From the NCBI GenBank assembly GCA_009914755.4, contig CP068257.2, positions 11,360,001 through 11,424,000 on the forward strand: a stretch of 64,000 bases of DNA. Direction: 5' to 3'. This document shows positions 1 through 16,959 of the stretch, in pieces; position 1 is the stretch's first letter, and each line of letters starts with the position of its first letter. Below the pieces are notes generated by a model. That model did no database searches, was not told where the DNA came from, and saw only the letters and a list, made by a program, of their open reading frames with translations. This DNA comes from the human T2T-CHM13v2.0 reference genome, Homo sapiens. Made by a program: the position numbers and the translations under genes.

Positions 1-60
1 ACATACACACATATATACACGTATACACATATACACACACACACATATATACATGCATAT
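1..60. repeat. Simple repeat (CA/TA)n-like
   Basis: Visible acatacacacatatatac.. dinucleotide-rich run. Confidence 0.8.
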
Positions 61-300
61 ATTGCCACCACTATCCTGAATCTCCTCATTTTTTCCCATC
101 AGAAGGAATTTCTCCACCCCACCCTACCATTTTCTTGGAACTTCTAGTCTCTCTCACATTATTAATTCTACACCTGGGGCTGCCTTGCCCCCTCTTGCTA
201 ACTGCCTGGTGGTAACTTGGCACTCCACTTAGTTACTACTTAACGTTACAGCTCACCCTTTTTTACATCATATTTATGAAGCATTAAATATTCTAAAAGT

Positions 301-600
301 GGCCGGGTGCAGTGATTCATGCCTGTAATCTCAGCACTTTGGGAGGCCAAAGCGGGCGGATCATGAGGTCAGGAGTTCAAAACCTCCTGACCAACATGGT
401 GAAACCCTGTTTCTACTACAAATACAAAAATTAGCTGGGCATGATGGCGTGTGTCTGTAATCCCAGCTACTCAAGAGGCTGAGGCAAGATAATCACTTGA
501 ACCTGGGAGGCAGAGGTCACAAAGAGCCGAGATTTGTGCCACTGCACTCCAGCCTGGGTGACAGAACAAGACTCTCAAAAAAAAAAGAAAAAAAAAAAAC
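301..600 (+). mobile_element. Alu SINE (AluS/Y-like)
   Basis: Starts ggccgggtgcagtg, has the characteristic Alu body, ends in a poly-A tail. Confidence 0.9.
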
Positions 601-1154
601 AAGCTACTTTGTCTAGGGTACCCTATTATACCAAGGAATTTAGTGCCTCATGAAAAAAGACTCTCAAGGATGTTTTTCTAAACAATAGAACCTTCTACCT
701 TAGAAATCATTTATGGTATTATCCAACATCATTATTTTTTATTTTATATATATTTTTCACTACAATAAAAATCTTTCAAATATATCAAAATACAATTTTA
801 TTAAAACAGAAAAGTTGTTTATTAGATAATCTTTTAATTTTAACATATTAATTTATCTATCGGGGTTCTATGTCATTCACTCAGGAAGAGAATTCAATGA
901 ATAAATGTGGTAACTTCACATATCGTAGAACTTTTTCACAAAAATGGGCAATTTTTCATTTTTCAGAGTGAACACTGAGCCACCACCTGAGGAAAAATAA
1001 ATGATCATTTTTAACAATTAAAGTTACTTTTTTTTAATCATCTGGTCTTTTAAGATGTTTTTAGACTTATAGATCAAGATAAGAAGTTAGCATGCACTTA
1101 TCCTTCTTTCAATTTGTATCCATCCCTAATTTATTTCTTCCTATTGTGCAATAG

Positions 1155-1536
<382 letters not shown>

Positions 1537-1587
1537 ACAAATTTTCTTTGTAACTTACCTTATTATTAAATTGGTCTTCCTAATTCT

Positions 1588-1917
1588 TATTTTTTTATTT
1601 TTTTGTTTTTTATTTTTTATTTATTTTTTTGAGACGGAGTCTTGCTCTGTTGCCCAGGCTAGAGTGCAGTGGTGCAATCTCAGCTCACAGCAACCTCCTC
1701 CACCTCCCGGGTTAAAGCCACTCTCCTACCTCAGCCTCCAGAGTAGCTGGGATTATAGGCATGCACCACCACGCCCGGCTAATTTTGTATTTTTGGTAGA
1801 GACAGGGTTTCTTCATGTAGGTCAGGCTGGTCTCAAACTCCCAACCTCAGGTGGTCTGCCTGCCTTGGCCTCCCAAAGTGTTGGAATTACAGGTGTGAGC
1901 CACTGCACCCAGCCTGG
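1588..1917 (-). mobile_element. Alu SINE
   Basis: T-rich head then gagacggagtcttgctctgttgcccaggctagagtgcagtgg .. ending cacccagcctgg. Confidence 0.9.
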
Positions 1918-2262
1918 TCTTTTAAAATTTGACCTAAACAGTTCATCCTGTCATGTTCTTCATGAGAGATGAAGGTCCACTATTTTTCCCTTGTTATTTT
2001 AATAAAAACAACTATTTACCTTGAATATACTGAATATATACAAAATACATATTCATTTACACACCATGGCTTTTTAAAAGGGTTGTCCTTAGATGTGGCC
2101 TCCAGGGATAGTTAAGCTGTAAATGGAAGGCTTCATATGTAAAGACATTTTCCTTTTGACCTTGTTTCTTATGGTGAGTGTGTGTGTGTGTCTGCTTTTA
2201 GTGGTAGAAGTTAAGGGGAATCTCTATGATTGTTTTTTTTTCTCTCCATTTATCCCTCATTT

Positions 2263-2552
2263 TCTTTCTTTTTTTTTTTTTTTGAAACAGAGTCTTCCTT
2301 TGTCAGTGCAGTGGCATGATCTAGACTCACTACGACCTCTTCCTCCTGGGTTCAAGTGATTCTTATGCTCAGCCTCTCAGGTAGCTGGGATTACAGGCAT
2401 CCACCACCATGCCCAGCTAATTTTTGTATTTTAATGGAGATGTGGTTTCGCCATGTTGCCCAGGCTGGTCTCAAACTCCTGAGCTCAGGCAATCTGCCCA
2501 CGTCGGCCTCCCAAAGTGCTGAGATTACAGGCATCAGCCACCATGCCCGGCC
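2263..2552 (-). mobile_element. Alu SINE with 18-bp TSD ccatttatccctcatttt
   Basis: Poly-T plus antisense Alu body. The same 18-mer is present at 2246-2263 and 2552-2570. Confidence 0.9.
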
Positions 2553-2582
2553 CCATTTATCCCTCATTTTAATATTTTTTAA

Positions 2583-2879
<297 letters not shown>

Positions 2880-4110
2880 ACTATCCCTCACTTTATAACA
2901 TTAATCAAGTTCTTTTATAATTTTATGTTAAAGATTTTTGAATTTTGTTAATCTATTTTATTTTCCTTCATAAAATGATCAAAGCTAGAAATAACATTAC
3001 AAAGTATATCATAATCGTTAACAGAAAGAGCTCTATAATCAGCTTAAATTTCTTTTCTCTCTTTTCTAGTTATGTGATCTTAGGCAAGTTACATAAATTA
3101 CCTGTGTTCAGTTTATTTATTTGTGAAATGGGGAAAATAATGGTGCCTGTCTCTGGGTAAGATTGTAGTGAGGGTGAATAACAGATTTATCAAGCATAAA
3201 GCAGTGCCTGGGACACAGGAATTGCCCTCTCTGCATGCCCCTGCATATGTGTGCATACAGGCATGAATCACTTGATGATGGAATAAATTTGGAGAAATAT
3301 GTCTTTAGGCAGTTTTGTTATTGTGCAAATATCTCAGAGTGTACTTACACAAACATAGATGGGATAGCCTACTACTCTGCTAGAGTATATGATAGAGTAT
3401 ATGTAGCCTGTTGCTGCTAGGCTACAAATCTGTACAGCATGTTACTGTACTAAATACTGCAGGCAACTGTAACACAGTGGTAGGTATTTTGCATCTTATC
3501 ATAGAAAAGGTGCAGTAAAAAAAAAAAAGGGGTACACTTGTAGAGGGCACTTACCATGAATGGAGCTTGCACAGCTGGAAGTTGCTCTGGGTAAGTGAGT
3601 GAGAGGTGAGTGAATATGAAGGCCTAGGACATTACGGGCACTGTTGTAGACTTTAGCAGTACTGGATGTACACTTAAGCTATGCCAAATTTATTTTTAAA
3701 TTGTTTTCTTTTATCAATAATAAATTAGCTTTAGCTTACTGTAATTTTTTTATTTAATATACTTTTTTTAACCTTTTGGCTCCTCTGTCACAACTCTTAG
3801 CTTAAAAGATAAACATATTGTACAACTTTAAAAAATATTATTTTCTTTATATCTAAGTCTATAAGCTTTTTCCAATTTTTAATTTTTGTGTTACTTTTTA
3901 ACTCTTTTATAAAAACAAACACAAACACGCACATTAGTTTAGGCCTATACAGGGTCAGGATCATCAACATCATTGTCTTCCACCTTCATATTCTGTCTCA
4001 ATGGAAGTTCCTTGGGGCAATAACACACATGAAGCTGACATCTCCTATGATAACAATCCCTCCTTCTGGATACCTCCTGAAGGACCTGCCTGAAATTGCT
4101 CTACTGTTCA

Positions 4111-4460
<350 letters not shown>

Positions 4461-4478
4461 TAAAAAGAATAGAGTAAG

Positions 4479-4813
<335 letters not shown>

Positions 4814-6139
4814 TTATTATCATTATCAGGTATTATGTTCTGTAAGTAATTATATGTGCTAGAAGCCTGGCAGCACAATAGGTCTGTTTTCACCAGCATC
4901 AGCACAGACATGTGAGTAATGAATTGTGCAATGATATTACATTGACAATGACATCACTAGGAAACAGGAATTTTTCAGCTCCATTACAATCCTACAGGAC
5001 CAATATGTGGTCCACCATTTACTGAAATGTATTTACATGGTGCATGACTGTAAAATTACTAGTCTTCAAAAATCAGTTGTATCTTCAACATTTCCTACCT
5101 CTGCAAAATGCATCACCATTCTCCCAGTTACCCAGGCTTAAAACCTCAGAATTCTATCAAATTATTTCATTTCCTTACATCTCATGTTTAATTAGTCACT
5201 GATTCCCATCAATTTTCCCCTATCATGTTTAATAGTACCAACACATTATTTCTCTTAGAAAAACATTTTTCTAGTTTAAGATCTTAATTTAGCCTATTTT
5301 AAAAAAATCTCAAAGTTTTCCATACAGTCTTTATTTCTTATTTCTTAAAATATTTTCTACATTTTTATACAACTAACCTTTCTAAAGCATAAATATCTCA
5401 CTTTGTCACTTGTATGCCCCCCCAAAAAACAAAAAAAAATATCTTCTTGGTCTAGAAAGTAAAATTATAATGCTTGGCATAATGTAGACAGAAATTCCCA
5501 TTTATCCTTTTTCTCCTTTGCCCCCACACTTTTCTTCCATGTTCACATCAGTACCTAATCTCCCAGACATATGGAATTCATTGTTTCATGAATAAAGCCA
5601 ACACATTCTAACTACCATGCATTTAGTCAAACCATCTGTCCACCTGGAATTTCCTACCATCCCCCATAAAATTTAAATTAAAAAATTCCACTGTTCTGTC
5701 CTCTCTGAAGATGTCCCTGAACCTTTACTGAAACTCATTGACATATCCTTTGGTTCCCGCAGCCTTTATTGTATATGTCATAATTTAGCACATACATTAC
5801 TCTGCCATACATTTTAGTAAGTTAATGACCTGTCTCTTTTCACTGATAAAACAGTGTCAGGATTTTTTCATTTTTGTATTCCCTACTGGTCCACAGAGTG
5901 CTATGAACATATAATTTGCTAAGTTAATTTTAAATTGACTTAAACTTACTGGTGAATTCACCGATTAACTGTTCTTTTCCAGTATTACTCTTAGAAATGT
6001 CCTTTCCTTGATATATTTTATGTTCTAAAAAATTAATTTCATTTTAAGAATCACATCCTCCAAAACAAAAGAAACAAAAGCTCCCATACAATTCTAATGA
6101 TAGTTATAGGTAACATTAAAAAATGGCATACCAACTGTA

Positions 6140-6190
6140 AAAACCAAAAACAAAAAAACAAACAAAAACAAACAAACAAACAAAACAATT
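6140..6190. repeat. (CAAA)n / A-rich microsatellite
   Basis: aaaaccaaaaacaaaaaaacaaacaaaaacaaacaaacaaacaaaacaa. Confidence 0.7.
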
Positions 6191-6610
6191 CCCATGAAAG
6201 CCAGAGGCAAACAATGCAAATTTTAATGTCAATATTGTCATTTTTTCCTAGGTTAGGGGACAATATAACCACATTTATAAACTTATTCTTTTTGTCTATC
6301 CTCATGTTGACCTCACACATAGCATATTATGCCATTAAAACAACAAAAAAAGGAGAAAATGCTATATTGAAATCCAGTATTTTCTTACAACAATTCCTTA
6401 CTGTGAATTGTGAATGAAAATTAAATTCTTTAATCACTAGGAAAGACTCTGAGTGTGAGAGTGTTTCTTTCAGCTGATATAAACATTGATAAGATCAAAG
6501 CTTGCTCTAAATTTTCTGTCTTACCAGGTCTTGACTGAATCTCAGAACAAAATCCTGTAGTTTCTCTTTATTTCAGATAAACCTTTGATCTTTTAAAAAT
6601 ATAGGCACAT

Positions 6611-6918
<308 letters not shown>

Positions 6919-7263
6919 CTAAGGAAATGGCAAAAAGGCAAAAAGATATGCACAAAAAAAGTTAGCCACTACTTGCATTGAAAATGGGTTCAAGTTTAAG
7001 GTTTTGGCAAGTGTTTGAGAAAAATATGAATTAAGCTCATTTTCTGTGGAGACAAGTCTCTAGGCGTTTAGTTTTGGTTAAGTTAAATACTTAAATCTAT
7101 TTAAAATTTTAAAGACCTTAGTAATGTAAACAAATGGTGTTGAGTTTGGACTTCTCTACAATATCTATGTGGAATCTTAGGAAAGGAAGAATGAAAGGAT
7201 ACAATACATTTTAAATGGTAGTTCAGCCTAAATCCTAAGCATAAGCATAATACACTGCTGCAT

Positions 7264-7949
<686 letters not shown>

Positions 7950-8018
7950 AATATGTTACTTTAAAAAAATAAGTTATTCATTTTAGTTTTCTTCTGTTGC
8001 TAACGATCATTTCTATTT

Positions 8019-9033
8019 TGTAGGGAAAAGGAAGAGGGATCAGACTGTTACTGTGTCTATGTAGAAAGGGAAGAGATAATAAATTCCATTTTTACCTGTA
8101 CCTTGAACAATTGCTTTGTCCTGAGATTCTGTTAATCTGTAACTTTGCCCCAATCACTGTGCCCCAACCTCTTTGCCCCAACCTTGAGCTCACAAAAACA
8201 TGTGTTGTATGGAATCAAGGTTTAAGGGATCTAGGGCTGTGCCTTGTTAACAAAATGTTTACAAGTAGTATGCTTGGTAAAAGTCATCGCCATTCTCTAG
8301 TCTCGATAAACCAAGGGCACGCTGCACTGCGGAAAATGGCAGGGACCTCTGCCCTGGAAAGCCGGGTATTGTCCAAGGTTTCTCCCCATGTAATAGTCTG
8401 AAATATGCCTCATGGGATGAGAAAGACCTGATCATCCCCCAGCCCAACACCCATAAATGGTCTGTGCTGAGGTGGATTAGTAAAAGGGGAAAGCCCTTGC
8501 AGTTGAGATAGAGGAAGGCCACTGTCTCCTGCCTGCTCCTGGGAATGGACTGTCTCGGTATAAAACCCGATTTTACATTTGTTCAATTCTGAGATAGGAG
8601 AAAAACCACCCTATGGTGGGAGGCAAGACATGTTGGCAGCAATGCTGCTTTATTGTTCTTTACTCCACTGAGATGTTTGGGCAGAGAGAAACATAAATCT
8701 GGCCTACGTGCACATTCAGGCATAGTACCTCCCCTTGAACTTAATTATGACACAGATTCTTCTGCTCACATGTTTTTTTGCTGACCTTCTCCCTATTATC
8801 ACCCTGCTCTCCTACCACATTCCTCTTGCTGAGATAATGAAAATAATAATCAAGAAAAACTGAGGGAACTCAGAGGCCGGTGCTGGTGCAGGTGCTTGGT
8901 ATGCTGAGCGCTGGTCCCCTGGACTCACTTTTCTTTCTCTATACTTTGACTCTGTGTCTTATTTCTTTTCTCAGTCTCTCATCCCACCTGACTAGAAGTA
9001 CCCACAGGTGTGGAGGGGCTGGCCACCCCTTCA
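8019..9033 (+). mobile_element. Solo LTR of HERV-K (HML-2) LTR5 type (LTR5A/B-like)
   Basis: Begins tgtagggaaaaggaagagggatcagactgttactgtgtctatgtagaaag. It contains ..gattctgttaatctgtaactttgcccc.., ..ccaggtattgtccaaggtttctccccatgt.atagtctgaaatatg.. and ..tctcggtataaaacccgatt... It ends ..cccacaggtgtggaggggctggccaccccttca. This is co-linear with the LTR5 consensus as I recall it. Confidence 0.75.
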
Positions 9034-9247
9034 TATTTTCACTTAATTTACTCTGAATCTATGCCACTTTTGCATTTGAGGCTAATGTTTGTATTGAAGG
9101 AAAGGATAGCAAGTCAATTTACAATTGGATTTTTTCAATGTATAGAGTTACATGTTTACTAAAAGGAGTAGCCCTTAATTCTTTTTAAAAAGCCCATAGT
9201 AAGCAAGATGATTAACAATTTTTATATGAACAAATGTCTTACAATAT

Positions 9248-10029
9248 TTTAAACATCTAGAGAACACTGATACCGTCTTCACTTACTGACAATGGCATAT
9301 TATCAATTCACTTTTCCAAAGAGAAAGAAGTTACTTCTTTTGACTTAGATCTGACTTCTTAAACTGTCAAATGAAGTAGCTGAGTATAACTCACCACCTA
9401 CAACTTTGATATTTAGCCTCCTCTCTTCATTTGCTTTGTATTATATGTACTGTAGCCCTTACTTTAATATTTCTATATCTTACACATCTTTCTCTCTTAA
9501 AAATGTGCTTTCATTTAGATGAGAAATACAATTTTAAGGGAGAAGTTGACTCATGCCTAGTTCTGTATTTTTTTTTAATTGCTGATCTGTCCTGAGGAAA
9601 TTAATGTCGCCCTACTGGGTATGATGCTGTCCCTCTGGAGAGATTCCTGCAAGTTATGACCACTGGGGATTTTATAGGTGTCCACATTAAGCCTTTCACT
9701 GAGAGAAGAGATTAACTTGCAGTTGCCTCTCTGACAAATATATCTAAGAAATCAACATAATCTTTCAAAACCCTCTGGCTAATACTAGTTTGTAGCCACT
9801 ATTAATATAGTGGTTCTAAGTTTGTTCCAGGGTCTCAAAGCCTTAAATCATTTCATGATTATACTCAGTTATAACTCAGTAGCTGAGTTATACTCAGCTA
9901 CTTCATTTAACAGTTTAAGAAGTCAGATCTAAGTCAAAAGAAGTAACTTCTATCTCTTTGGAAAAGTGAATTGATAATATGCCATTGTCAATAAGTGAAG
10001 ATGGTATCAGTGTTCTCTAGATGTTTAAA
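9248..10029. repeat. Large inverted repeat: ~146-bp arms (9248-9393 and 9884-10029) around a ~490-bp spacer
   Basis: The reverse complement of the left arm matches the right arm almost base-for-base. Confidence 0.85.
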
Positions 10030-10651
10030 TGTCTAGATGCAAATGTCAACATATAATGCTTACAAGGACATAACTGGGTGTTTCACACTATTATTTTAGT
10101 TTTAACCCACTTGATCCATCAAGTTATCTGTCATAGAGCAAATGAAAGGCCCCTTTAGAGAAGTCTCAGAATAAAAAATAGGCCTAGTTATGTTCGTTGG
10201 GAGAGAAGTAATTAAAGCATGGGTTTACATTTTCTGTCTATAAGAAATTGTCATTGTAGCTGTTGTTTGTTTCAAAATCTATGTACAGTTCTGACCCACC
10301 AACTGACAATGGCTGCCTGACTCTAACACTCTGGTGTGTTATTGTAAATTCCCTGAGTCTTCTTTATAGCAAGAGAAAAAATCAGGACATTCTGAAAGTA
10401 ATACACTGTGGATATTTACATGGCCAGAGTATAATTTTCTCTGCTTAATAATAAAACTTAATAATGAGCTTAATAATAAAACTCACATACAAATACAAAA
10501 TAAACCTGTGTCAAAATTTATTTCACTTATTCCTGAGGAAATCAGTAGGTGGGAAAGCTGGTTCCAGAACAAGTAAAAAAAAAAAATTACAGATTTTCTT
10601 TCCCCAAAAACAAGAAATGTTAGAATAAGACAACTATGTTAGAAGCAAAAC

Positions 10652-10947
10652 TGGGCTGGGAGCGCTGGCCCACACCTGTAATCCCAGCACTTTGGGAGGC
10701 CAAGGCGGGCAGATCAGGAGGTCAGAAAATCGAGACCATCCTGACTAACATGGTGAAATCCGGTCTCTACTATAAATACAAAACCAAAATTAGCCGGGCG
10801 TGGTGGCCTGTAGTCCCAGCTACTCAGGTTGCTGAGGTAGGAGAATGGCGTGAACCCAGGAGGTGGAGCTTGCAGTGATCCCAGATTGTGCCACTGCACT
10901 CCAGCCTGGGCGACAGAGTGAAACTCCGCCCTGAAAAAAAAAAAAAG
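10652..10947 (+). mobile_element. Alu SINE with TSD agaagcaaaa(c/t)t
   Basis: Alu body with a poly-A tail and a flanking direct repeat. Confidence 0.9.
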
Positions 10948-10949
10948 AA

Positions 10950-12520
<1,571 letters not shown>

Positions 12521-13068
12521 AGTTAAAGAAGAAAATTAAAAGACAAAAATATGTATTCCCAATTGCACTGTATTTTTTGTTATTAAGCATAAAATTTAAA
12601 CTTTATTAAACTTATTAGAAAAAGGGAATTGGAAATGTGATATAATGAAGTAATTCACAAAAATGTGTACAGTAAATGCACTCAAGAGCAGTTTTTCTGA
12701 CGTTTGATGAACTCCTATCAGTTGTGAATTAAAACTGATTAATATCCTTCATGGAAACAGATCCATAAGGTCTGGCATTGTCTTTTTCTACTAGAGAGAA
12801 ACCTAGAAATTATCACATAATCGCATAGCATCTAGGATCAAATCAACTAATACATGGCCAAGTCAAAAGAAAATGAAGTAATCTTTGGGTTAACCTTTTA
12901 GAGGATAGCTTTTAATAATGTAATATTACACTAAAAATACATGTTTTATGTCAGAGTTTTAGATACTTTTCCTTAGCAGTCCGCTATCACAAATATGTCC
13001 TCTGTTAGTGCTAATCCATAACTAACTCAGTTCCTTATTTTCATGTCAATAATCTCCAAGTGTTATTC

Positions 13069-13368
13069 TTTTTTTTTTTTTTTTTTTTTGAGACAGAGTC
13101 TGGCTCTGTCTCCCAGGCTGGAGTACAGTGGTATGATCTCGGCTCACTGCAGGCTCTGCCTCCGGGTTCATGCCATTCTCCTGCCTCAGCCTCCCGAGTA
13201 GCTGGGACTACAGGCGCCCGCCACCACGCCCAGCTAATTTTTTGTACTTTTAGTAGAGACGGGGTTTCACCGTGTTAGCCAGGATGGTCTCGATCTCCTC
13301 ACCACGTGATCCGCCCGCCTCAGCCTCCCAAAGTGCTGGGATTACAGGCGTGAGCCACTGGCTCGGCC
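13069..13368 (-). mobile_element. AluY-like SINE with 17-bp TSD ctccaagtgttattctt
   Basis: Poly-T, antisense AluY body, and the duplicated 17-mer at 13054-13070 and 13369-13385. Confidence 0.92.
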
Positions 13369-13449
13369 TCCAAGTGTTATTCTTAATCAAAAAAAGAAAA
13401 AGTTTATCTGACTATATTCGACCCTGATTATTTATGTAGCTTCAGAAAG

Positions 13450-13960
13450 AGGAGTTAAACACATAGGTGAAGTCTTCCCTCCACCAGGTTCTAAAATGTA
13501 AGATTCATGGCCTTCTGAAAACACTCCCTTACCAATGTGAGGCTGGAACCATAGAACAGGTGGAGGACTTAGTAGGTATTGGCTCAACATTTAAAGTACA
13601 ATCTTTTTCCTTAATAGGTATTTTCATACCTTATAAACACATGTATGACCTTGGATGTCCAATTAAATCCCAGGAAAAAAGGACAGATTCTTGATGAAAC
13701 TAGGCAAATAATGAGACAGCAAGTAAAAAGGGCTCCCCAGCAGAACCTCCGACCAGCTTGCACACTGACAGGAGTGCACACTGAGGTGGAGCCTCAGGAA
13801 GTTTGCAGCGGGGAGGAGCCTGGCCTCTTCTGTTCCAGGACGGAGGCTGGGATTCAATCTATGAGGCAGGAAGCTGGGTAGCAGGAGTCTCTGTTTCTCC
13901 TTTTTTCCCTTTTGCCCAATAAATTCCATTTTTCTTACCCTTCAAAGCGTCGGTGAGCCT
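13450..13960 (+). mobile_element. Possible solo LTR (unclassified)
   Basis: LTR-like organisation with ..ttttgcccaataaattccattt.. polyadenylation-signal context. Weak call. Confidence 0.2.
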
Positions 13961-14552
13961 AATATATCATGGCTGTGTGACAAGAACGCAGCTTTTAGCT
14001 GAACTAAGGAGAAAGTCTTACAATAATAATATGTTGTCTTACAAGCATGGAGAGTCAGTACAAATATATTTTTCTGAATTCTCAGAGAAAAATAGAAATT
14101 AGACAGCGTTTGAAGGATGTATTTCACTTACAAGCTGTAGTATATAAAATTGAGGATCAGAGCTAGAAAAAGAAACTGTGTAATTATACTCCTTCTACTG
14201 GATGTTGAGTCAGTTTTTTGCTTTGATAAAATTATCTACCAATGAGGCAAAAAATAAATCCTTAAAACAATGAGATTTAAAAGTAAGTTGTTATGCTCAG
14301 TACTTTATAGGAGAACATTCAAGTAAGTGTCAGAGGAAAACAAAAACCACCTAGAGAAGCAACTAAATGGCTGTTTAATTTATATAGTAAACAATAATAT
14401 AAAAATGGAGAAGAATAAAATTCTGCATTAGGTTCAATACTATCTCATAAAGACTTGACCAATGTTTCACCTGGGGGCATATACCTCTCCAATTTCCTAT
14501 TACAGTCTCTAATCTGTGAGTTAAATGTCTACAGTTCCTAAACAATTCACCT

Positions 14553-14553
<1 letters not shown>

Positions 14554-14592
<39 letters not shown>

Positions 14593-14866
14593 GACAGAGT
14601 ATCCCTGTGTCACCAGGCTGGAGTGCAGTGGTGCGATCTTGGCTCACTGAAACCTCTGCCTCCTGGGTTCAAGTGATTCTCCTGCCTCAGCCTCCCGAAT
14701 AGAGGAGACTACAGGCATGCACCACAACGCCCAGCTAGTTTTTGTATTTTTAGTAGAGATGGGGTTTCACCATGGTGGCCACGATGGTCTCAATCTCTTG
14801 ACCTCCTGATGTGCCCACCTCAGCCTCCCAAAGTGCTGGGATTACAGGCGTGGGCCACCGCACCCC
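14554..14866 (-). mobile_element. Alu SINE with ~40-nt poly-T
   Basis: Long T run followed by an antisense Alu body. Confidence 0.9.
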
Positions 14867-15354
14867 ACCACCATTCATCTTAATATGTAAGATTATGTAA
14901 AATGAACTGAGAAGGCTGAGTCTTTTAGAATTGACCTCATGCAACTCACACAGATGTGTGGAACTAATGAAGAAATATGGGGCATACCAAAGAAGCCCAA
15001 TTTATTTTAGCCTCATCCATTTTATAAGGCAAAAATTGTCACAGTTTTTCTAGAGGTCACCTAGGAAATCTAAAAAATTCTTATTTTTCCCTAAAAATCA
15101 GAAAATATTTACTTTTTGGAATTTAAGATATAATTTCAGATGGGCAAAAATTAAGTGTTATCAGAGGAGATTTGGTCACTGTGATAAAGATAGGAATACA
15201 GGTACAGAGAAGAAAATGGTGGCAATAATCCCAATGACAATACAATATTCTAAAATAAGCATAGAAAAATATATCATAATTGTTAGAAAATGTATCCGTT
15301 TCATAATTAATTATGCTGTACAAATGTTTTTTTCTTATTTTTCTTTCTAGCTTC

Positions 15355-15870
15355 ATTGAAGTATGATTGATAAATAAAAATTGTACATATTTAAGTTATA
15401 TAATATGATGTGATGTATGTATACATTGTGAAGTAATAGCCGCAGTCAATTAACATTTTCATCAACTTACAAAGTTACACTTTCTCTGTGTGTGTCTATG
15501 TGTGCTTGTATGGAAATACATAAGACCTACCCTGTTAGCAAAATTCAAGTATACAATACATTCTTATCAGCTGTAGCTACTATGCTATATATGTTAGGTA
15601 TCCAGAATTTATTCATCTTTTAACTAAAAGCATCTCCCCATTTTTCCTACCTTCTAATCCCTAGCATCTAATGAGTTTAAATTTTTTAGATTTCACAGAT
15701 AAATGAGATTATGCAGTATATTTGTCTTTCTGTGTCTGGCTTATTTTACTTAGCATTTTGTTCTCTCAGTCCATCAATGCTATCACAAATTTTAGGATTT
15801 CTTTCTTTTGTAAGGATGAATAATATTCCATTGTATGTATATGCCACATTTTCTTTATCCACTAATCTGT
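15355..15870 (-). mobile_element. L1 3'UTR / ORF2-end fragment (antisense)
   Basis: ..tgtctggcttattttacttagcat..tccatcaatgctatcacaaattttaggatttctttcttttgtaaggatgaataatattccattgtatgtatatgccacattttctttatccactaatctg.. matches antisense L1. Confidence 0.7.
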
Positions 15871-16624
15871 AATAAAGGCTATTATTCAAAATACACAAGA
15901 AACCCTTCAAATTTCACAAGAAAGCAAACAATTCAGTTAAAAATGGGGAAACAGTATAAATGGATAAGTCACCAAAGGAAATATAAAAATGGCAAGTAAG
16001 TATTTGAAAATATATTCAACAACATATGACTTTAGGGGGATAAAGCAATTCTATATATTGAAATTTCCTTTAACAAAGAAAGCAAATAGAAAACTTTCTC
16101 AGAAAAACAAAACTTTAGTGATACATCATCAGCTGACCTGTCTTGCAAGAAATACTAAAGGAAGTTCTTCAAGTGGAGAGAAAATGATGCAAGTGAGAAA
16201 TTCAGATACACAATAAAGAAGTAATAAATGAAAAAGAATAAATTAAAGTTAAAAACTTTTTTTATTCTTAGTGATCCATAAGATAACTGTTTAGTCACAA
16301 GAAATGGGTAATTATAGAATGTGGACAGATGAAATTAACAATAGCAATGTCATAAGGTACAGGAGGTACAATCTGGTAGTATTTTTATGGGATACCTACA
16401 CTACGTGTGAAGTAACAATTTTATTTGAAGATAGACATAAAATGTATATAATCAATTCTAATTAATTTAAAGATAGACTTAAAATGCATATAATCAATCC
16501 TAAGAAAACCACCGCAAATTTTTAAAAGAAGTGATGAGATCACATCTCATGAGGTGATGAGATACACCAAGAGCTGAGACAAAAATGCAATCATAGAAGA
16601 TGCTCAATTAAAATAAGAGAAGGC

Positions 16625-16950
16625 AGGCCAGGCACAGTGGCTCCTGCCAGTAATTCCAGCACTTTGGGATGCCAAGGTGGTTGGACCACCTGAGGCTAGC
16701 CCGACCAACATGATGAAACACCGTCTCTATTAAAAATACAAAAGTTAGCCTGGTGTTTTGGCACACATCTGTAATCCCAGCTACTCTGGGCTGAGGTGGG
16801 AGGATCACTTTAACCTGAGATGTGGAGGTTGCAGTGTGCCAAGACTACCACTGCACTCCAGCCTGGGTGACAGAGTGAGGCTCTATCTCAAAATAAAATA
16901 AAATAAAATAAAATTAAAATAAAATAAAATAAAATAAAATAAAAATAAAT
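16625..16950 (+). mobile_element. Old Alu (AluJ/S-like) followed by an (AAAAT)n microsatellite at 16885-16950
   Basis: Diverged Alu body. The tail is expanded to (aaaat)n. Confidence 0.8.
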
Positions 16951-16959
16951 GAATATAAT

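Noticed and set aside
13645-13929. Two overlapping ORFs (78 and 88 aa) in non-repeat-looking sequence
   Set aside because: No splice context, no codon-usage signal. They lie in a region that looks like a degraded LTR with a polyA signal. Most likely chance ORFs.
14375-14647. ORF with a poly-lysine run (minus strand)
   Set aside because: It is the reverse translation of the ~40-nt poly-T/A tail of an Alu.
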